This document shows, piece after piece, positions 44,199-54,220 of a DNA stretch of 64,000 bases. The stretch lies in IMG/VR virus record IMGVR_UViG_3300004481_000271, positions 1 through 64,000 of that record, one strand, 5' to 3'. This stretch comes from a virus. Each line of letters begins with the position of its first letter. The first letter of the stretch is position 1. The notes beneath the pieces are model-generated. The model saw nothing but the letters and a program-made list of their open reading frames with translations, did no database searches and was not told where the DNA came from. The translations under genes were made by a program, and so were the position numbers.

Positions 44199-45712
44199 GC
44201 GAGCGGCGCCCCCGTGTCACCGTCGAGGAGGGTCACCGTCCCGAGGGTCGGGAACTCTTGCGTCGCGACCTCGACGTCGAACCTCTCCCCGTTCAGGAGG
44301 AAGGCGCCGAGGGAGTCGTCGATCTTCCGGACACCGGAGACGTCGCGGACGACGTTGAAGACGTCCGACCACGCGATCTCATTCGCCGGAGCTCCGCTCG
44401 CCGTCTTGAGGTTGAAGCCGAAGTCGACGGTCGGGTTCGGGGAGCCGTCCTCGAGCTCGATCGCGAAGTAGTCCTCGAGGGCCTCGCGGATTCGCGCGTC
44501 GACGACGGACGCGGTCTCGCCCTCCTCGAGGTAGACCGTCGCCTGGACGTCGATCGTCAGGTACTCGGGATCGCGGACGTCGACGAGGAAGGTCAGGGTG
44601 TTCGGATAGGTCTCGGTGACCATGGTCAGGACGGCGGCCTTCAACGTCGACGTCGGAAACCCCCCGCCCGTCGGGATGACGTGCAAGTGCCCGGCGTTCT
44701 CGTCGATCTCCGTCCGCTCGTTGCTCGTGAGCATGAGAGCTCGAGAGACCCCAGGGACCCGCTTCGCGTTGATCTCGTAATCCTCGCGGGCGACCGTTCG
44801 GTTCAGAACGCGGATCGACTCGGGAGCGTACACTCGGATCTGCTCGATCGACTCCCGGTTCTGTCCCCCGCTCGCCGGCGACGGATTCGAGACGGTGACG
44901 ACCTGGGGGTTGCCGAAGGTGTCGGCGTAGGTCCGATCGCTCTTCGAGATCGCGAGGGCCTCGACGTTTCCAGCGGTCCCGCCCCCGGTTCTGTAGTCAA
45001 CGTCGATCGACCCCTGGGGGATCGCCCCGTTGATCCCGTTCCCAAAGCGGATCGTCGCCCGGTCGTTTTCGTCGACCGTGACCGTGAAGTGCCGATCGCT
45101 CGAGGTCGAGGAGAGGAAGTCGTCGACCTGGGAGTAGGTTCCATCGCCGGCGGTGACGTCTGCCGTCGCGTCGAGGTAGGGCGAATCGGAGAGGAGGAAC
45201 TCCTGATTCGGGAGCCCCGTCGAGGTGAAGGTCTCGGTCGCGTCGAGGGAGTTTTGAACCGTGACGATCGCGGTCGGAGGGTCGGTCCCGGCGGTGATCG
45301 TGACGTCGGCGTCGATGACCTGGAAGACGATCGGGTCGGTGATCTCGAGCGTCCGGAAGGTGTCCCCGATCGCGAAGGTCACGTCCCCGACCGGCGGAGC
45401 TCCGAGGGTCACGACGAGCTCGGCCGTCGAGGCGATCGCACCGTCCGGGGTGTAGCCGAGGAGCTTCGCGAGCCCGAGGAGGGACTTCCGGAGCTGGGCG
45501 GTCGTGATCCTCGACTCCCGCGATTGGTTGTCCTGGTAGAAGAGGAGGACGTCCCCGACGTGGGCGTTCAGCTCGAGGAGGATGTTCCCGAAGTTGGCGA
45601 CGTTGAAGTCGGTCCATTCGGGGAAGGCCCCCCGGACGAGATTGATCAACCGAGCCCGGAGGGAGTCGAAGTCCTTGTCGGTGTAGTCGACCGATGCCCC
45701 GAGGAGTGCCAT
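44195..45712 (-). CDS. Baseplate J-like wedge protein
   Basis: DYTDKDFDSLR, WTDF, IRFGNG, GG.NRESIEQIR, RTVAREDYE. Confidence 0.92.
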   Translation of the reverse strand: MALLGASVDYTDKDFDSLRARLINLVRGAFPEWTDFNVANFGNILLELNAHVGDVLLFYQDNQSRESRITTAQLRKSLLGLAKLLGYTPDGAIASTAELVVTLGAPPVGDVTFAIGDTFRTLEITDPIVFQVIDADVTITAGTDPPTAIVTVQNSLDATETFTSTGLPNQEFLLSDSPYLDATADVTAGDGTYSQVDDFLSSTSSDRHFTVTVDENDRATIRFGNGINGAIPQGSIDVDYRTGGGTAGNVEALAISKSDRTYADTFGNPQVVTVSNPSPASGGQNRESIEQIRVYAPESIRVLNRTVAREDYEINAKRVPGVSRALMLTSNERTEIDENAGHLHVIPTGGGFPTSTLKAAVLTMVTETYPNTLTFLVDVRDPEYLTIDVQATVYLEEGETASVVDARIREALEDYFAIELEDGSPNPTVDFGFNLKTASGAPANEIAWSDVFNVVRDVSGVRKIDDSLGAFLLNGERFDVEVATQEFPTLGTVTLLDGDTGAPLA

Positions 45713-45740
45713 CGGCCCGAGTCTACCGCGGGCGGGCGCG

Positions 45741-46259
45741 TTACTCCAGCGGGACGACGGCCTCGAGCCCTGGGAGGAGGACGGCGTTCCCGGCGGAGTT
45801 GCGGTCGACGAGGTCGAACCGGACCCGGATCGCGATCGCGACCTCGCCGAGTCCCTCGACCTCCTCGGAGTAGATCTCGACTCCGGTCACCCGGACGCGA
45901 GGCTCCCAGCGGACGAGAGCCTCGGCGATGTAGATCCTCGCGAGCTCGCGGGTCGTGTCGTCGTTTGGGGCGTGCCGGAGGAGGTAGAGCTTCGACCCGA
46001 ACTCGGTCCGCCAGGCAAGCTCGCCCTGGGAGAAGTCCGAGGCGGCCCTCGTTCCGAGAACCTGGCCGACGCAAGCGGTCACGAGCTTGACCCCGCCGGC
46101 GGCGGCCCAGTCGAGCTTCCGGTCCCGCCGGAAGGGGCGAAGGATACCGTAACCGAAGAGGTCGCCTCCCCCGATGAGCTTCGGCGAGGGCCCGACCTCC
46201 GTCGTCCTCGTCGTCGTGGGGAGTCCGCTCGAAACGGGGTATGAAGCATCCCGGCTCAT
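45741..46259 (-). CDS. GPW/gp25-like baseplate protein
   Basis: GEL.WRTEFGS.L, ALVRWEPRV. Confidence 0.88.
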   Translation of the reverse strand: MSRDASYPVSSGLPTTTRTTEVGPSPKLIGGGDLFGYGILRPFRRDRKLDWAAAGGVKLVTACVGQVLGTRAASDFSQGELAWRTEFGSKLYLLRHAPNDDTTRELARIYIAEALVRWEPRVRVTGVEIYSEEVEGLGEVAIAIRVRFDLVDRNSAGNAVLLPGLEAVVPLE

Positions 46260-46711
46260 GTTTCGAGATTACCAGACGGGTCGACGGCGAACACTCGGAC
46301 CGTGACCGTCGTCCCCGTCGGCCATCCTCCGGTCCGCCGGAGGGAGAAGCGGAAGCCGTTCGCGATCGCGGTGCGGGTCGAACGGGCGGCGTAGCGGGCG
46401 GTAAAGGCGGCCCCGTCGTGAGCGAGCTCCTGGTCGGCGGTCCTCGATAGGAAGGCGACGACGAGGACCCGCCCAAGCGTGCCGGAGTCGTCGGTGACGT
46501 CGAAGACGAGGGCATCCCCGGCTTCGATCTGGGTCCCCTCGAGCGGCGAGACGAAGGTCACGACAGGAGGAACCTCGTCGAAGAGCGGAACCTCCCGACA
46601 CGGCGGGATCGCGGCCGGAGTCATGTCGACGGCGACGAGTTGAACAAGCTCGCCGTCGTCGGGGATCTCGAGCGGAACGATGGTCACTACTTCGAGAGGA
46701 TAGTCGGCCAT
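46256..46711 (-). CDS. Ig-like domain virion protein
   Basis: PPVVTFVSP..., V.AVDPSGN. Confidence 0.65.
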   Translation of the reverse strand: MADYPLEVVTIVPLEIPDDGELVQLVAVDMTPAAIPPCREVPLFDEVPPVVTFVSPLEGTQIEAGDALVFDVTDDSGTLGRVLVVAFLSRTADQELAHDGAAFTARYAARSTRTAIANGFRFSLRRTGGWPTGTTVTVRVFAVDPSGNLET

Positions 46712-46713
46712 TG

Positions 46714-47706
46714 TCACACCACGAGAGGCGTCGAGGAACCATCCCAAAGATCGGCAATGAGAACTTCGTCGAGATAGAGATAGTTGTAGCTATCCCCGGT
46801 GTTCGGGTAGGCGCGAGGAACCCCGGGCGCGAAAACCCATCGGGAAACGCCAAGGTAGCCGGCGACGGTTTTCTCGACGGCAATCGCCGGGATCGCTCGT
46901 TCCTTCCCGTCGTACAAGTTGACCTTCCCATGAAGGGGAAAATACTGTGAGCCACCATAAGGAAAGTCGAGCTGAGTCCGAAGGAACGACTCGGCTCCTC
47001 CCCCGACGTCAGCCCATGTAAATCCGTCCGCAAGCGCCAAGACTGAAGGCGTCAGCGCGATATTTCCGAGGAACAATGCAAGGGGGCTTGCCTCTCCGGT
47101 TGCCACTTGGCGGAGGTCGTCGAGCTTGCCCCAACCGTTCAGGTTGTTCGGATTGATGACCTCCCCAATGAAGAACCCATATTCTCCCGCTGGTGATGGA
47201 GTATCGTCCGCGGCGACGTGCGTCACGTTGGCAGTCGTACCGGCAGCGAATACTGACTGGGGGTTATCCTTCGTTCCGGATACGTTGAACGTAGCTTCAT
47301 CGGTGGCACTCGGGAAGGTATCCGCGCTCCCTCCGGTGAACCCCGCCGCCCTGGAATAACCGCCCCACCAATAACCATCGACGTTGGAGTTTTTCGAGTT
47401 ATACCGCGTGAAGAGAATCTCGCGGTTTCCGTCCGGGTCCTGCATAACGAACCAGCATTTCGGGCCGCCGAGAGCCTCGAGTCCGACTCCGATTCCGACG
47501 TTCGCCGGCGGAGGGTGCGGGTCGCCCGGGTAGACGATGGAAGACCCCACGACGACGGATCCGAAGACGTCGGAGGTGGCATAGACCCCGTTCGTTCCGG
47601 ACCCGCTCGCCTTCACCGTCCATCCCGCGGCCTTGAGCGTTTCCTTGAGCCACCACATGCAGTGGTTTCCGCCGAAGCCGGTCTTGTTCAAGTTGCGATG
47701 GAGCAT
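46714..47706 (-). CDS. Hypothetical virion/host-recognition protein with AT-richer 3' part
   Basis: MLHRNLNKTG...AAGWTVKASG; codon usage shifts across gene. Confidence 0.7.
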   Translation of the reverse strand: MLHRNLNKTGFGGNHCMWWLKETLKAAGWTVKASGSGTNGVYATSDVFGSVVVGSSIVYPGDPHPPPANVGIGVGLEALGGPKCWFVMQDPDGNREILFTRYNSKNSNVDGYWWGGYSRAAGFTGGSADTFPSATDEATFNVSGTKDNPQSVFAAGTTANVTHVAADDTPSPAGEYGFFIGEVINPNNLNGWGKLDDLRQVATGEASPLALFLGNIALTPSVLALADGFTWADVGGGAESFLRTQLDFPYGGSQYFPLHGKVNLYDGKERAIPAIAVEKTVAGYLGVSRWVFAPGVPRAYPNTGDSYNYLYLDEVLIADLWDGSSTPLVV

Positions 47707-47774
47707 CCCGCCCTCCGTCGGCAAGCGTACCGCAAACCTCCCCCCAAGCCCAGCCCGTAGCGGCGCCAGAGGCA

Positions 47775-47841
47775 CCCCAGGACGTCCGGAAGCTCCGGAG
47801 GGTCCGACCTACCGCCTCGAGCTCCTCGGGCCGTCCTGGGG
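47775..47841. repeat. Intergenic 27-nt repeat copy A with 10-bp inverted arm
   Basis: CCCCAGGACGTCCGGAAGCTCCGGAGG (47775-47801); CGTCCTGGGG at 47832-47841. Confidence 0.75.
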
Positions 47842-47865
47842 CATTCTCGCGGGCGTCTCGAGGTC

Positions 47866-48573
47866 CTAGAGCGGGATCGCTGCCCGGACGAGCTCGAGGG
47901 CGTCGGCGATCGCTCGGACTTGCTCGGCGGCGGCCCCGATGTCGTCCCCGAGGTCGCCGAGGGTCGGGATCGGTGGCATCCCGGGAACGAGGGCCCCGAA
48001 GGTGTTCAGGAGCTCGATCATGGAGTCGACCGGCCCCGAGCTCGCTTGGAGATTCGCGAGCTGGGCGGCGAGGGTGTCGGAACCGCAAGCGGCGGCCTGG
48101 CGAAGGGCGTCGAGGTTCTCCGACTCGGCGATCTCGACCGCCCGCTGGATTCGGTCCTCGAAGGCGGCGAGGACCTCGAGGGTCTCGGCGACCCCGTCGA
48201 GGTAGGTCGCGACGACCCCTATCAAGTCGAGGACCATCGCGGGGACGGAGAGCTGGGGGACGAGGGCGGCGAGGTTGGAGACCTTCTCGACGAGCTCGTC
48301 GATCGCCTCGAAGAGGGCGGTCGGATCGGTGAGGATTCCGGGGACGGCGACGATCGCATCCTTGATCGCGATGACCGCCCCGATGATGTCGAAGATCGGG
48401 GAGAGCGGCGCCATGGCGGCGGTCGTTTGCGCCATGAGCTGTTGCGCGAGGGCGAGCGGCGGCGCGTCGATCCCGGGGAGCGAAGCGCAGACCCGCACGC
48501 CTCCCGGCATCCGGACGCAGAGCTCGTGGTTCCGAACCTGGACCTCGGGGCACTCGATCTCGACCGTGGGCAT
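47866..48573 (-). CDS. Hypothetical helical baseplate-region protein
   Basis: Follows spike gene; genome-typical codons. Confidence 0.75.
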   Translation of the reverse strand: MPTVEIECPEVQVRNHELCVRMPGGVRVCASLPGIDAPPLALAQQLMAQTTAAMAPLSPIFDIIGAVIAIKDAIVAVPGILTDPTALFEAIDELVEKVSNLAALVPQLSVPAMVLDLIGVVATYLDGVAETLEVLAAFEDRIQRAVEIAESENLDALRQAAACGSDTLAAQLANLQASSGPVDSMIELLNTFGALVPGMPPIPTLGDLGDDIGAAAEQVRAIADALELVRAAIPL

Positions 48574-48589
48574 CGGCGGCCCCCTTCCC

Positions 48590-49168
48590 CTAGATCGGCT
48601 CGGTCGACGGCGCGACCGGCCTCCCGTTGATCGTGACGTTCACCCCCTCGATCGCGACGGTCCCGATCGCGGCGATTCGGATCGACGAGGTCGCGGTGAT
48701 CGACATCTGTCGCGTGAGACCGTTCAGCTCGACCCCGTCGCCGGAGACCTTGTCGGAGAGGAGGAGCCCGGGGGTGTCGAGGGAGTCGTCGAGGACGACG
48801 AGCCAGCGGTCCGTCTCGAGGACCTTGACCTTCGGTGCGTCGGCCGGCGACTTCGCGGAGACGCGGGCGTTCAGCCCGGAGGTCCTCCGCGGAGCTCGGA
48901 AGCATCCCGGGATGTAGTGGACCTCGTCGACGTCCCCTTGATGGAACCAGACCGCGACCTCGGCGCCGACCTCGGGAACGAAGAAGAGCCCGAGGGAACC
49001 GGCGCCTCCGCCGACGTTCAGCGGGAGGGCCCATCCCGAGCTCGGCTCGAGAAGCCCGGGGACGCGAACCTTGACCCGTCCGACCTTCAACGGGTCGGCG
49101 TTGTCGGTCACGACCCCGCGGTAAAGGGCGGTGAAGCGCGGGTCACCGGCGCCGTCGTGCTCGTCCAT
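48590..49168 (-). CDS. Baseplate spike / gpV (gp5 OB-fold)
   Basis: YRGVVTDNADPLKVGRVKVRVP, FFVPEVGAEV.VWF.QGD. Confidence 0.92.
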   Translation of the reverse strand: MDEHDGAGDPRFTALYRGVVTDNADPLKVGRVKVRVPGLLEPSSGWALPLNVGGGAGSLGLFFVPEVGAEVAVWFHQGDVDEVHYIPGCFRAPRRTSGLNARVSAKSPADAPKVKVLETDRWLVVLDDSLDTPGLLLSDKVSGDGVELNGLTRQMSITATSSIRIAAIGTVAIEGVNVTINGRPVAPSTEPI

Positions 49169-49169
49169 G

Positions 49170-50624
49170 TTAGGACCCTCCTCCCGAGCTCGGAGTCACG
49201 CCTCCGCCTCCCGAGCTCGCCCTCCGGCCCGGTTGCTCTCTCCTCGAGCTCCGCCTCGGGGGCGACCCCGTCGGCGGGGTGTAGACGACCTCGGTCCTCC
49301 TCGTCTCGGGGTCGACCCGCTCGATCCACTCGGCCGGCCGAGCGTCCCCGTCCCCGTCACGGGTCGCGGTATCCTGGTCTTCCCCATCTTGACGGTTCCG
49401 CCGGCCCCGGTTCGCCGGACCCCCGTCGAGGAGCTCGACCCCTCGAGCGGCCCTCGAGCTCGTCGAATGCCCGCCGTGCCCGTCGGAGATCGCCGAGACC
49501 TTCATCCGGTAGCCCCCGGAGTCGAGGGTGTGCTCGACCTCCTTGACGTAGTAGCGGATCGAGAGCCGTTGTCCGACCCCGTCGAGCTGGAAGACGGTCT
49601 TCGCGTAAAACTGGGGGTCCCCGATGACTTCCATGGAGAGCTTGACCGCCATCTGCCGATGGCGCCGAGCTCGAGCTCGAGCTTGACGGACGGCGGTCGT
49701 CGGCGAGGAAGTCGACGTCGGACGGACCTCGTCCTGGGCGACGTTCCCCTCGTGAGCGTCCGGCGGCCGGCCGAAGTCTGGGTTCCTCCGGGCGGCCCTC
49801 GTTTCGGGATCGATGAGCTCGAAGACCGGCGCGAGCCCCGTCTCCCCCGAGGCTCGGCTTCCGCCCTCGCCGGAGTCGCCGGCGACGTCCTCTCCCTCGA
49901 GGGGGTTCCGGCCGGCGGTCCGGACGCGGGCGGGCCTCGCGGTGATGTCGTTCTCGACGTTGATCGAGAGGATCTCCCCGACGGTCGGGTCGGTGTAGTA
50001 ACGGAAGCGCCGGACCGGTTGCTCGTCGGTTCGCCTCGGATGGAAGTGCAGCCCATCCCAATCAACGAAGAACTCGAAGCCCTCGTCGGTCGCGAGGCGG
50101 CGAAGAAACTGGGCGTCGGTCAAGCGAGCCTGGGAGATCGACGGGAGGACCTCCTCGGTGTCCTCGATCTCGACGTCCTCGAAGCCGTTCTCTTGGGCGA
50201 TCTGTCGGACGACGTCGGACCGCCGGAGGTTCTCGAAGAGCCTGGTCCGGACGATCCGGTTCATGGTGACGGACCGAGCGCGGGCCTCGATCGAGAGCTG
50301 TTGGAAGCCGGAGACCTTCGTGATGACGAGCTCCCGCGGCGTCGACATCCTCCCGGGGTAGCCCCAGGCGGCCCGGATGACGTTCCCCTTCTTCCAGAGG
50401 GGATCGTCGAAGTTGGAGAGGTCGAAGTTGTCGACCGTGAGCTTCATCGTGTCGGCGGCCCGCTCCGAGTCGGTGAAGGAGAAGGAGAGGACGCGGATCG
50501 AGTTGTCCGGCGCCGGCGTCCCCCGGCCGGCGGGGTCGACGAGGGCGAGGCGGTCCTCGCCGGACTCGGTCTCGACGGTGACCCAGAACTGCGGTTCGGT
50601 CCGGATGAAGGGTCGGACACTCAC
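49170..50624 (-). CDS. Baseplate hub / late control D family protein
   Basis: WGYPG, TDAQFLRRLA...GFEFFV, IGDP, YYVKEVEH. Confidence 0.88.
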   Translation of the reverse strand: MSVRPFIRTEPQFWVTVETESGEDRLALVDPAGRGTPAPDNSIRVLSFSFTDSERAADTMKLTVDNFDLSNFDDPLWKKGNVIRAAWGYPGRMSTPRELVITKVSGFQQLSIEARARSVTMNRIVRTRLFENLRRSDVVRQIAQENGFEDVEIEDTEEVLPSISQARLTDAQFLRRLATDEGFEFFVDWDGLHFHPRRTDEQPVRRFRYYTDPTVGEILSINVENDITARPARVRTAGRNPLEGEDVAGDSGEGGSRASGETGLAPVFELIDPETRAARRNPDFGRPPDAHEGNVAQDEVRPTSTSSPTTAVRQARARARRHRQMAVKLSMEVIGDPQFYAKTVFQLDGVGQRLSIRYYVKEVEHTLDSGGYRMKVSAISDGHGGHSTSSRAARGVELLDGGPANRGRRNRQDGEDQDTATRDGDGDARPAEWIERVDPETRRTEVVYTPPTGSPPRRSSRREQPGRRASSGGGGVTPSSGGGS

Positions 50625-50968
50625 CCCGAGACCCTCCTCTCCTCCGAGAAGATCTTCTCCTCGACCGTCCGGAGGGAGGGGATCACGACGATCGAGCCAA
50701 CCGGGAGCTCGACGGTCGGGTCATGGATCGGCTGGGGTTGGAAGTCGGCGATGACCCACCATAGCCCGGACGGCCTCGGGAGCCCGCGGAAGTAGCGCCC
50801 GGCAAGGCTCCACAGGGTATCCCCGGCCCGGATGACGTGGGCCCGGTTGTCGGAGAGCTGGGCGAAGGGAAAGGGTTCTCGCTCGACGAGGAAGAGCTCC
50901 TTCTCGCCGAGGTCGTCGAAGCGGACGCCGGTCGTGTAGATGTACCGCGATCGGGCTCGAGGCGGCAT
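50621..50968 (-). CDS. LysM/tail X baseplate protein
   Basis: HVIRAGDTLWSLAGRYF...WWVIADF. Confidence 0.88.
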   Translation of the reverse strand: MPPRARSRYIYTTGVRFDDLGEKELFLVEREPFPFAQLSDNRAHVIRAGDTLWSLAGRYFRGLPRPSGLWWVIADFQPQPIHDPTVELPVGSIVVIPSLRTVEEKIFSEERRVSG

Positions 50969-50971
50969 CGG

Positions 50972-51541
50972 TCAGCCCTCCTCGGGGAAGGGGTTCGGGC
51001 GGAACTTCAAAGCGGCGGGAACGTCGCCCCCTGGAACGTGCCCGTAGCGGAGGCTCGAGTCGTCCCGGACCTCGGCCGAAGTGATCCGGACGTCGCGGAT
51101 CTCCTCGATCGCAAGCGTCGCTCTCGAAACCCTCGCTTGCCCGTACCGGTTGAAGAACTCGTGAGAGAAGCGAACCGCGGTCACGATACAGGTCAAGGAA
51201 AGCATCCTCGGCCAGACAAAGAGGATGCGAGGCGGAGCTCCTCCGGCGATCGTTTCCGCTCCGCCCTTCGGGAAGCAAAGGGACTTGAGAAAGCGCCGCT
51301 GTTGCCGCATGAGCTCGAGGTCCGCCGGTGTCATCGCCCGCCAGAAGAGCTCGACGGAGAAGGACTCGTTCCCGGTGTAGCCGAACTGGAGAGGTTGATG
51401 TGAGAGCCCGGGGACGGTGAGCTTCGACCATGAGACCTGGATCTCCTCCTCGAGCCGTTCGGGATTGAAGAGGACCCGGAGGGTCTCGTTCGTCTCGAGG
51501 TTGGAGATCGTCATCTTCGCGCCGGCCTGCCAGTCGGGCAT
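50972..51541 (-). CDS. Tail tube initiator (contractile-injection-system tube-like)
   Basis: LFNPE, PGLSHQPLQF, APPRILFVW. Confidence 0.8.
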   Translation of the reverse strand: MPDWQAGAKMTISNLETNETLRVLFNPERLEEEIQVSWSKLTVPGLSHQPLQFGYTGNESFSVELFWRAMTPADLELMRQQRRFLKSLCFPKGGAETIAGGAPPRILFVWPRMLSLTCIVTAVRFSHEFFNRYGQARVSRATLAIEEIRDVRITSAEVRDDSSLRYGHVPGGDVPAALKFRPNPFPEEG

Positions 51542-54208
51542 CTAGTCCTCCACTCCGACCGGGGCGAACTCCCCGGCGGCGGCCGACCGAGCTCCGCCTC
51601 GAGTCGCCCGAGCGATCGCCTCGCCGTCGACCTGGACAACGATCGGTTGTGCGGCGGCGAGTCGCATCGCGCCGACGGCCTGGCGAAGGGCCTCGCGGTC
51701 CCCGCCGGACATCCGGACGGCCTCCGCCATCCGAGCCCCGGCGGCCTCGCCCCGAGCTCCGGCGACCGAGGGTTGCGCGGCGGCAGCGGTCGGCTCCCCT
51801 CGACGAGCTGCCTTCATCGCCTCGCTTCTGGCGCGGAGCTCCGCTTGCTGCTCTCGGCCGGCAACAAACCCCCCCATCGCTTGCTCGGCCCCGCCCCAGC
51901 CGAGGGCCTGGCGGACCGGGGCGGGGACGATCTGCATCATGCCGAGGATCGCGCGGGAGACGCTCTCGGCGACTCCGAGAACGGCGTCGCGGAACCGATA
52001 CCAGGCTTCAACCTGTCGGTTGACCCAGCCCTCGACGGCGGAGAATCCGGCGGCGAGGGTGTCGACGGTCCAGTTGTAGGCGCGGACGAGGGCGGCGAGG
52101 ACCTCGATCGTGACGCCGATGTAGGACGCGAAGAAGATCAAGGCGGGGACGAGGAGGTCGACGAAGACTCGCCCGAGCTCGCGGAAGACGGACATCCCCT
52201 CGCGCCCCTGCCCCGCGGCCTGTTCCTGCATCCCGAAGGCTTCGCGGAGGGCGTCGACGAGCCGACCAACCGAAGAGGAGAGAGCATCCCACACGAGCCG
52301 GAGGGTCGGGAGCCATTCCTGAAACTGCGAGACCATTCCTTGTGCGAACTGGACGACGTTCCGAATCCCGTCGACGATGATCACGATCGCTCGGCCGACG
52401 ACTCGGCCGACCTGCATCCCGACCTCCATGAAGCGTTGCATCGGGGTCGATGCTCCGGCCTCCGTCGCCTCCCCGATGAAGCCGAGCTGGCGGCCGAGCT
52501 GTTGCAGCGCGCGGACGAGGGCTCGAGCGGCCGGAGCTCCGGCCGCGAAGGCTTCGTTGAAGCCCTTCCGGATCCCGGAGAAGAAGCGCCGAGCTCGAGC
52601 GTAGAGGGCAAAGAGGTTGATGATGAAGGGACGAATCCCTCGGTTGCTCGCGAGGGAGAGCTCACCGGCGACCGCCTTCGAGAAGCCCCCCCTCGTGAGG
52701 AGCTCGCGGAGAGCTCGGAAGCCGAGGGAGACCCTCGCGAAGACATTCCGGACCCAGTCGCCGATCCCGCCGAGGTTGTAGCGGATCGCCAGCCCGAGGG
52801 CGATGAACCCCGAGGCGAGGACGGCGACGGCGGCGACGACCGGCAAGGTCGCGAGAAGGATCACCCCCATCGTGATCGCCATGATCTTCAAGAACGGGAG
52901 GATCAAGGCGACCGAGAAGCCGAGGATCCCGAGCCCTCCCATCGCGGTCACGAGGGCACCGATCGCGATGACGATCGCGGCGATCGCGGTCCCTACCTCC
53001 TCGGGGACTGCGTTGAAGACCCGGATAAAGAAGTTGAGGAGGTTCGTCAGGGCGGCGACGAAGGGACGGAAGGCGCGGGCGAACGCCTCGCCGAGGACGA
53101 CTTGAAGGGTCTGGAGGGTCCCCTGCAAGAGGACCCGTTGACCGCGGAAGGTGTCGAGCATCCTCTGGCGAAACTGCTCGGCGGCGCCGTCGGCGTTTCG
53201 CATCGTTCCGCGGAGGAAGTCGACAGCCTCGGCCCCGCGAACGATCTCGCCCCGAGCGTTCCGCATCCCGGTTGTGAGCTGTTGCGTGATCCCGGTGACC
53301 GCCGTCAACCCGAACCGGCCGAAGAGCTCGGAGGCGACGGCGGCCCGCTCCGCCTCGTTCGGGAACCGCTCGCCGAGGGCGACCCCGGCTTCGCGAACGA
53401 CGTCGAGGAAGTCGCGGAAGTTGCCCTGGGCATCGGTGACGTTCACCCCGAGACGTTGCCGGATCTGGTCGGAGTTGCGCGCCATGAAGATCAAGGCGGA
53501 GGAGACGGAGCTCGCGGCGACGCTCGCCTCGACACCGGTGTTCCGGACGAGACCGATCGCGGGGAGCATCTCCTCGAGGGACTGGCCGGTCGCGGCGGCG
53601 CCGCGGGAGACCGTTCCGAGGGCGAGGGCGAGCTCGTTGTGCTGTAGGGCGGTCACGTTCGCGATCCGAAGGAGCCGGTCGGTTGCGTAGCCCGCTTGAT
53701 CGGCCTGTAGCCCGAAGACGCGGAGGGCGGCTCCGACGCTCTGGGCGGCGAGGGAGACGTCGATCTGTCCTCCCGCGGCGAGGTCGAGGGCACCCCCGAG
53801 AGCTTGCATGGATTGCTGGGCGTCGAAGCCTCGGACGGCGAGCTCGGCGAGTCCCTGGGCGGCCTCCGTCGGCGAGAACTGGGTCGCGATGCCCGCCTCG
53901 ATCGCCCGGTCTCGAAGGGCGCGCATGTCGTCGGCCCCCGCCATGGAAAGCGCGCCGACTCGTGCCATGGTCTGGCCGAACTCGGACGAAGCGTCGGCGA
54001 GGTCGAAGGCGCCTCGCAGCGTCCCGACCCCGGTCGCCATGGTCGCGACCGAAGCTCCGACCCCGAGGGCGGCCGCTTGCATGATACCGCTCGAGAGCCG
54101 CGCCCTCGTAGCTTGCCGGTCGAAGGCTCCCCCGACTCGGTTGATCACCCCCGTCGCCTGGTCGCGGGCGGTGAAAATGTAGCCCATGCCGGCTTGGTTC
54201 AAAGCCAT
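51542..54208 (-). CDS. Tail tape measure protein
   Basis: 888 aa Ala-rich; TQFSPTEAAQGL..LA..GF; hydrophobic core. Confidence 0.95.
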   Translation of the reverse strand: MALNQAGMGYIFTARDQATGVINRVGGAFDRQATRARLSSGIMQAAALGVGASVATMATGVGTLRGAFDLADASSEFGQTMARVGALSMAGADDMRALRDRAIEAGIATQFSPTEAAQGLAELAVRGFDAQQSMQALGGALDLAAGGQIDVSLAAQSVGAALRVFGLQADQAGYATDRLLRIANVTALQHNELALALGTVSRGAAATGQSLEEMLPAIGLVRNTGVEASVAASSVSSALIFMARNSDQIRQRLGVNVTDAQGNFRDFLDVVREAGVALGERFPNEAERAAVASELFGRFGLTAVTGITQQLTTGMRNARGEIVRGAEAVDFLRGTMRNADGAAEQFRQRMLDTFRGQRVLLQGTLQTLQVVLGEAFARAFRPFVAALTNLLNFFIRVFNAVPEEVGTAIAAIVIAIGALVTAMGGLGILGFSVALILPFLKIMAITMGVILLATLPVVAAVAVLASGFIALGLAIRYNLGGIGDWVRNVFARVSLGFRALRELLTRGGFSKAVAGELSLASNRGIRPFIINLFALYARARRFFSGIRKGFNEAFAAGAPAARALVRALQQLGRQLGFIGEATEAGASTPMQRFMEVGMQVGRVVGRAIVIIVDGIRNVVQFAQGMVSQFQEWLPTLRLVWDALSSSVGRLVDALREAFGMQEQAAGQGREGMSVFRELGRVFVDLLVPALIFFASYIGVTIEVLAALVRAYNWTVDTLAAGFSAVEGWVNRQVEAWYRFRDAVLGVAESVSRAILGMMQIVPAPVRQALGWGGAEQAMGGFVAGREQQAELRARSEAMKAARRGEPTAAAAQPSVAGARGEAAGARMAEAVRMSGGDREALRQAVGAMRLAAAQPIVVQVDGEAIARATRGGARSAAAGEFAPVGVED

Positions 54209-54220
54209 GACTCCCCCAGT

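Noticed and set aside
37825-47706. Diversity-generating retroelement or invertible fibre locus
   Set aside because: No reverse transcriptase, invertase or template/variable repeat pair seen
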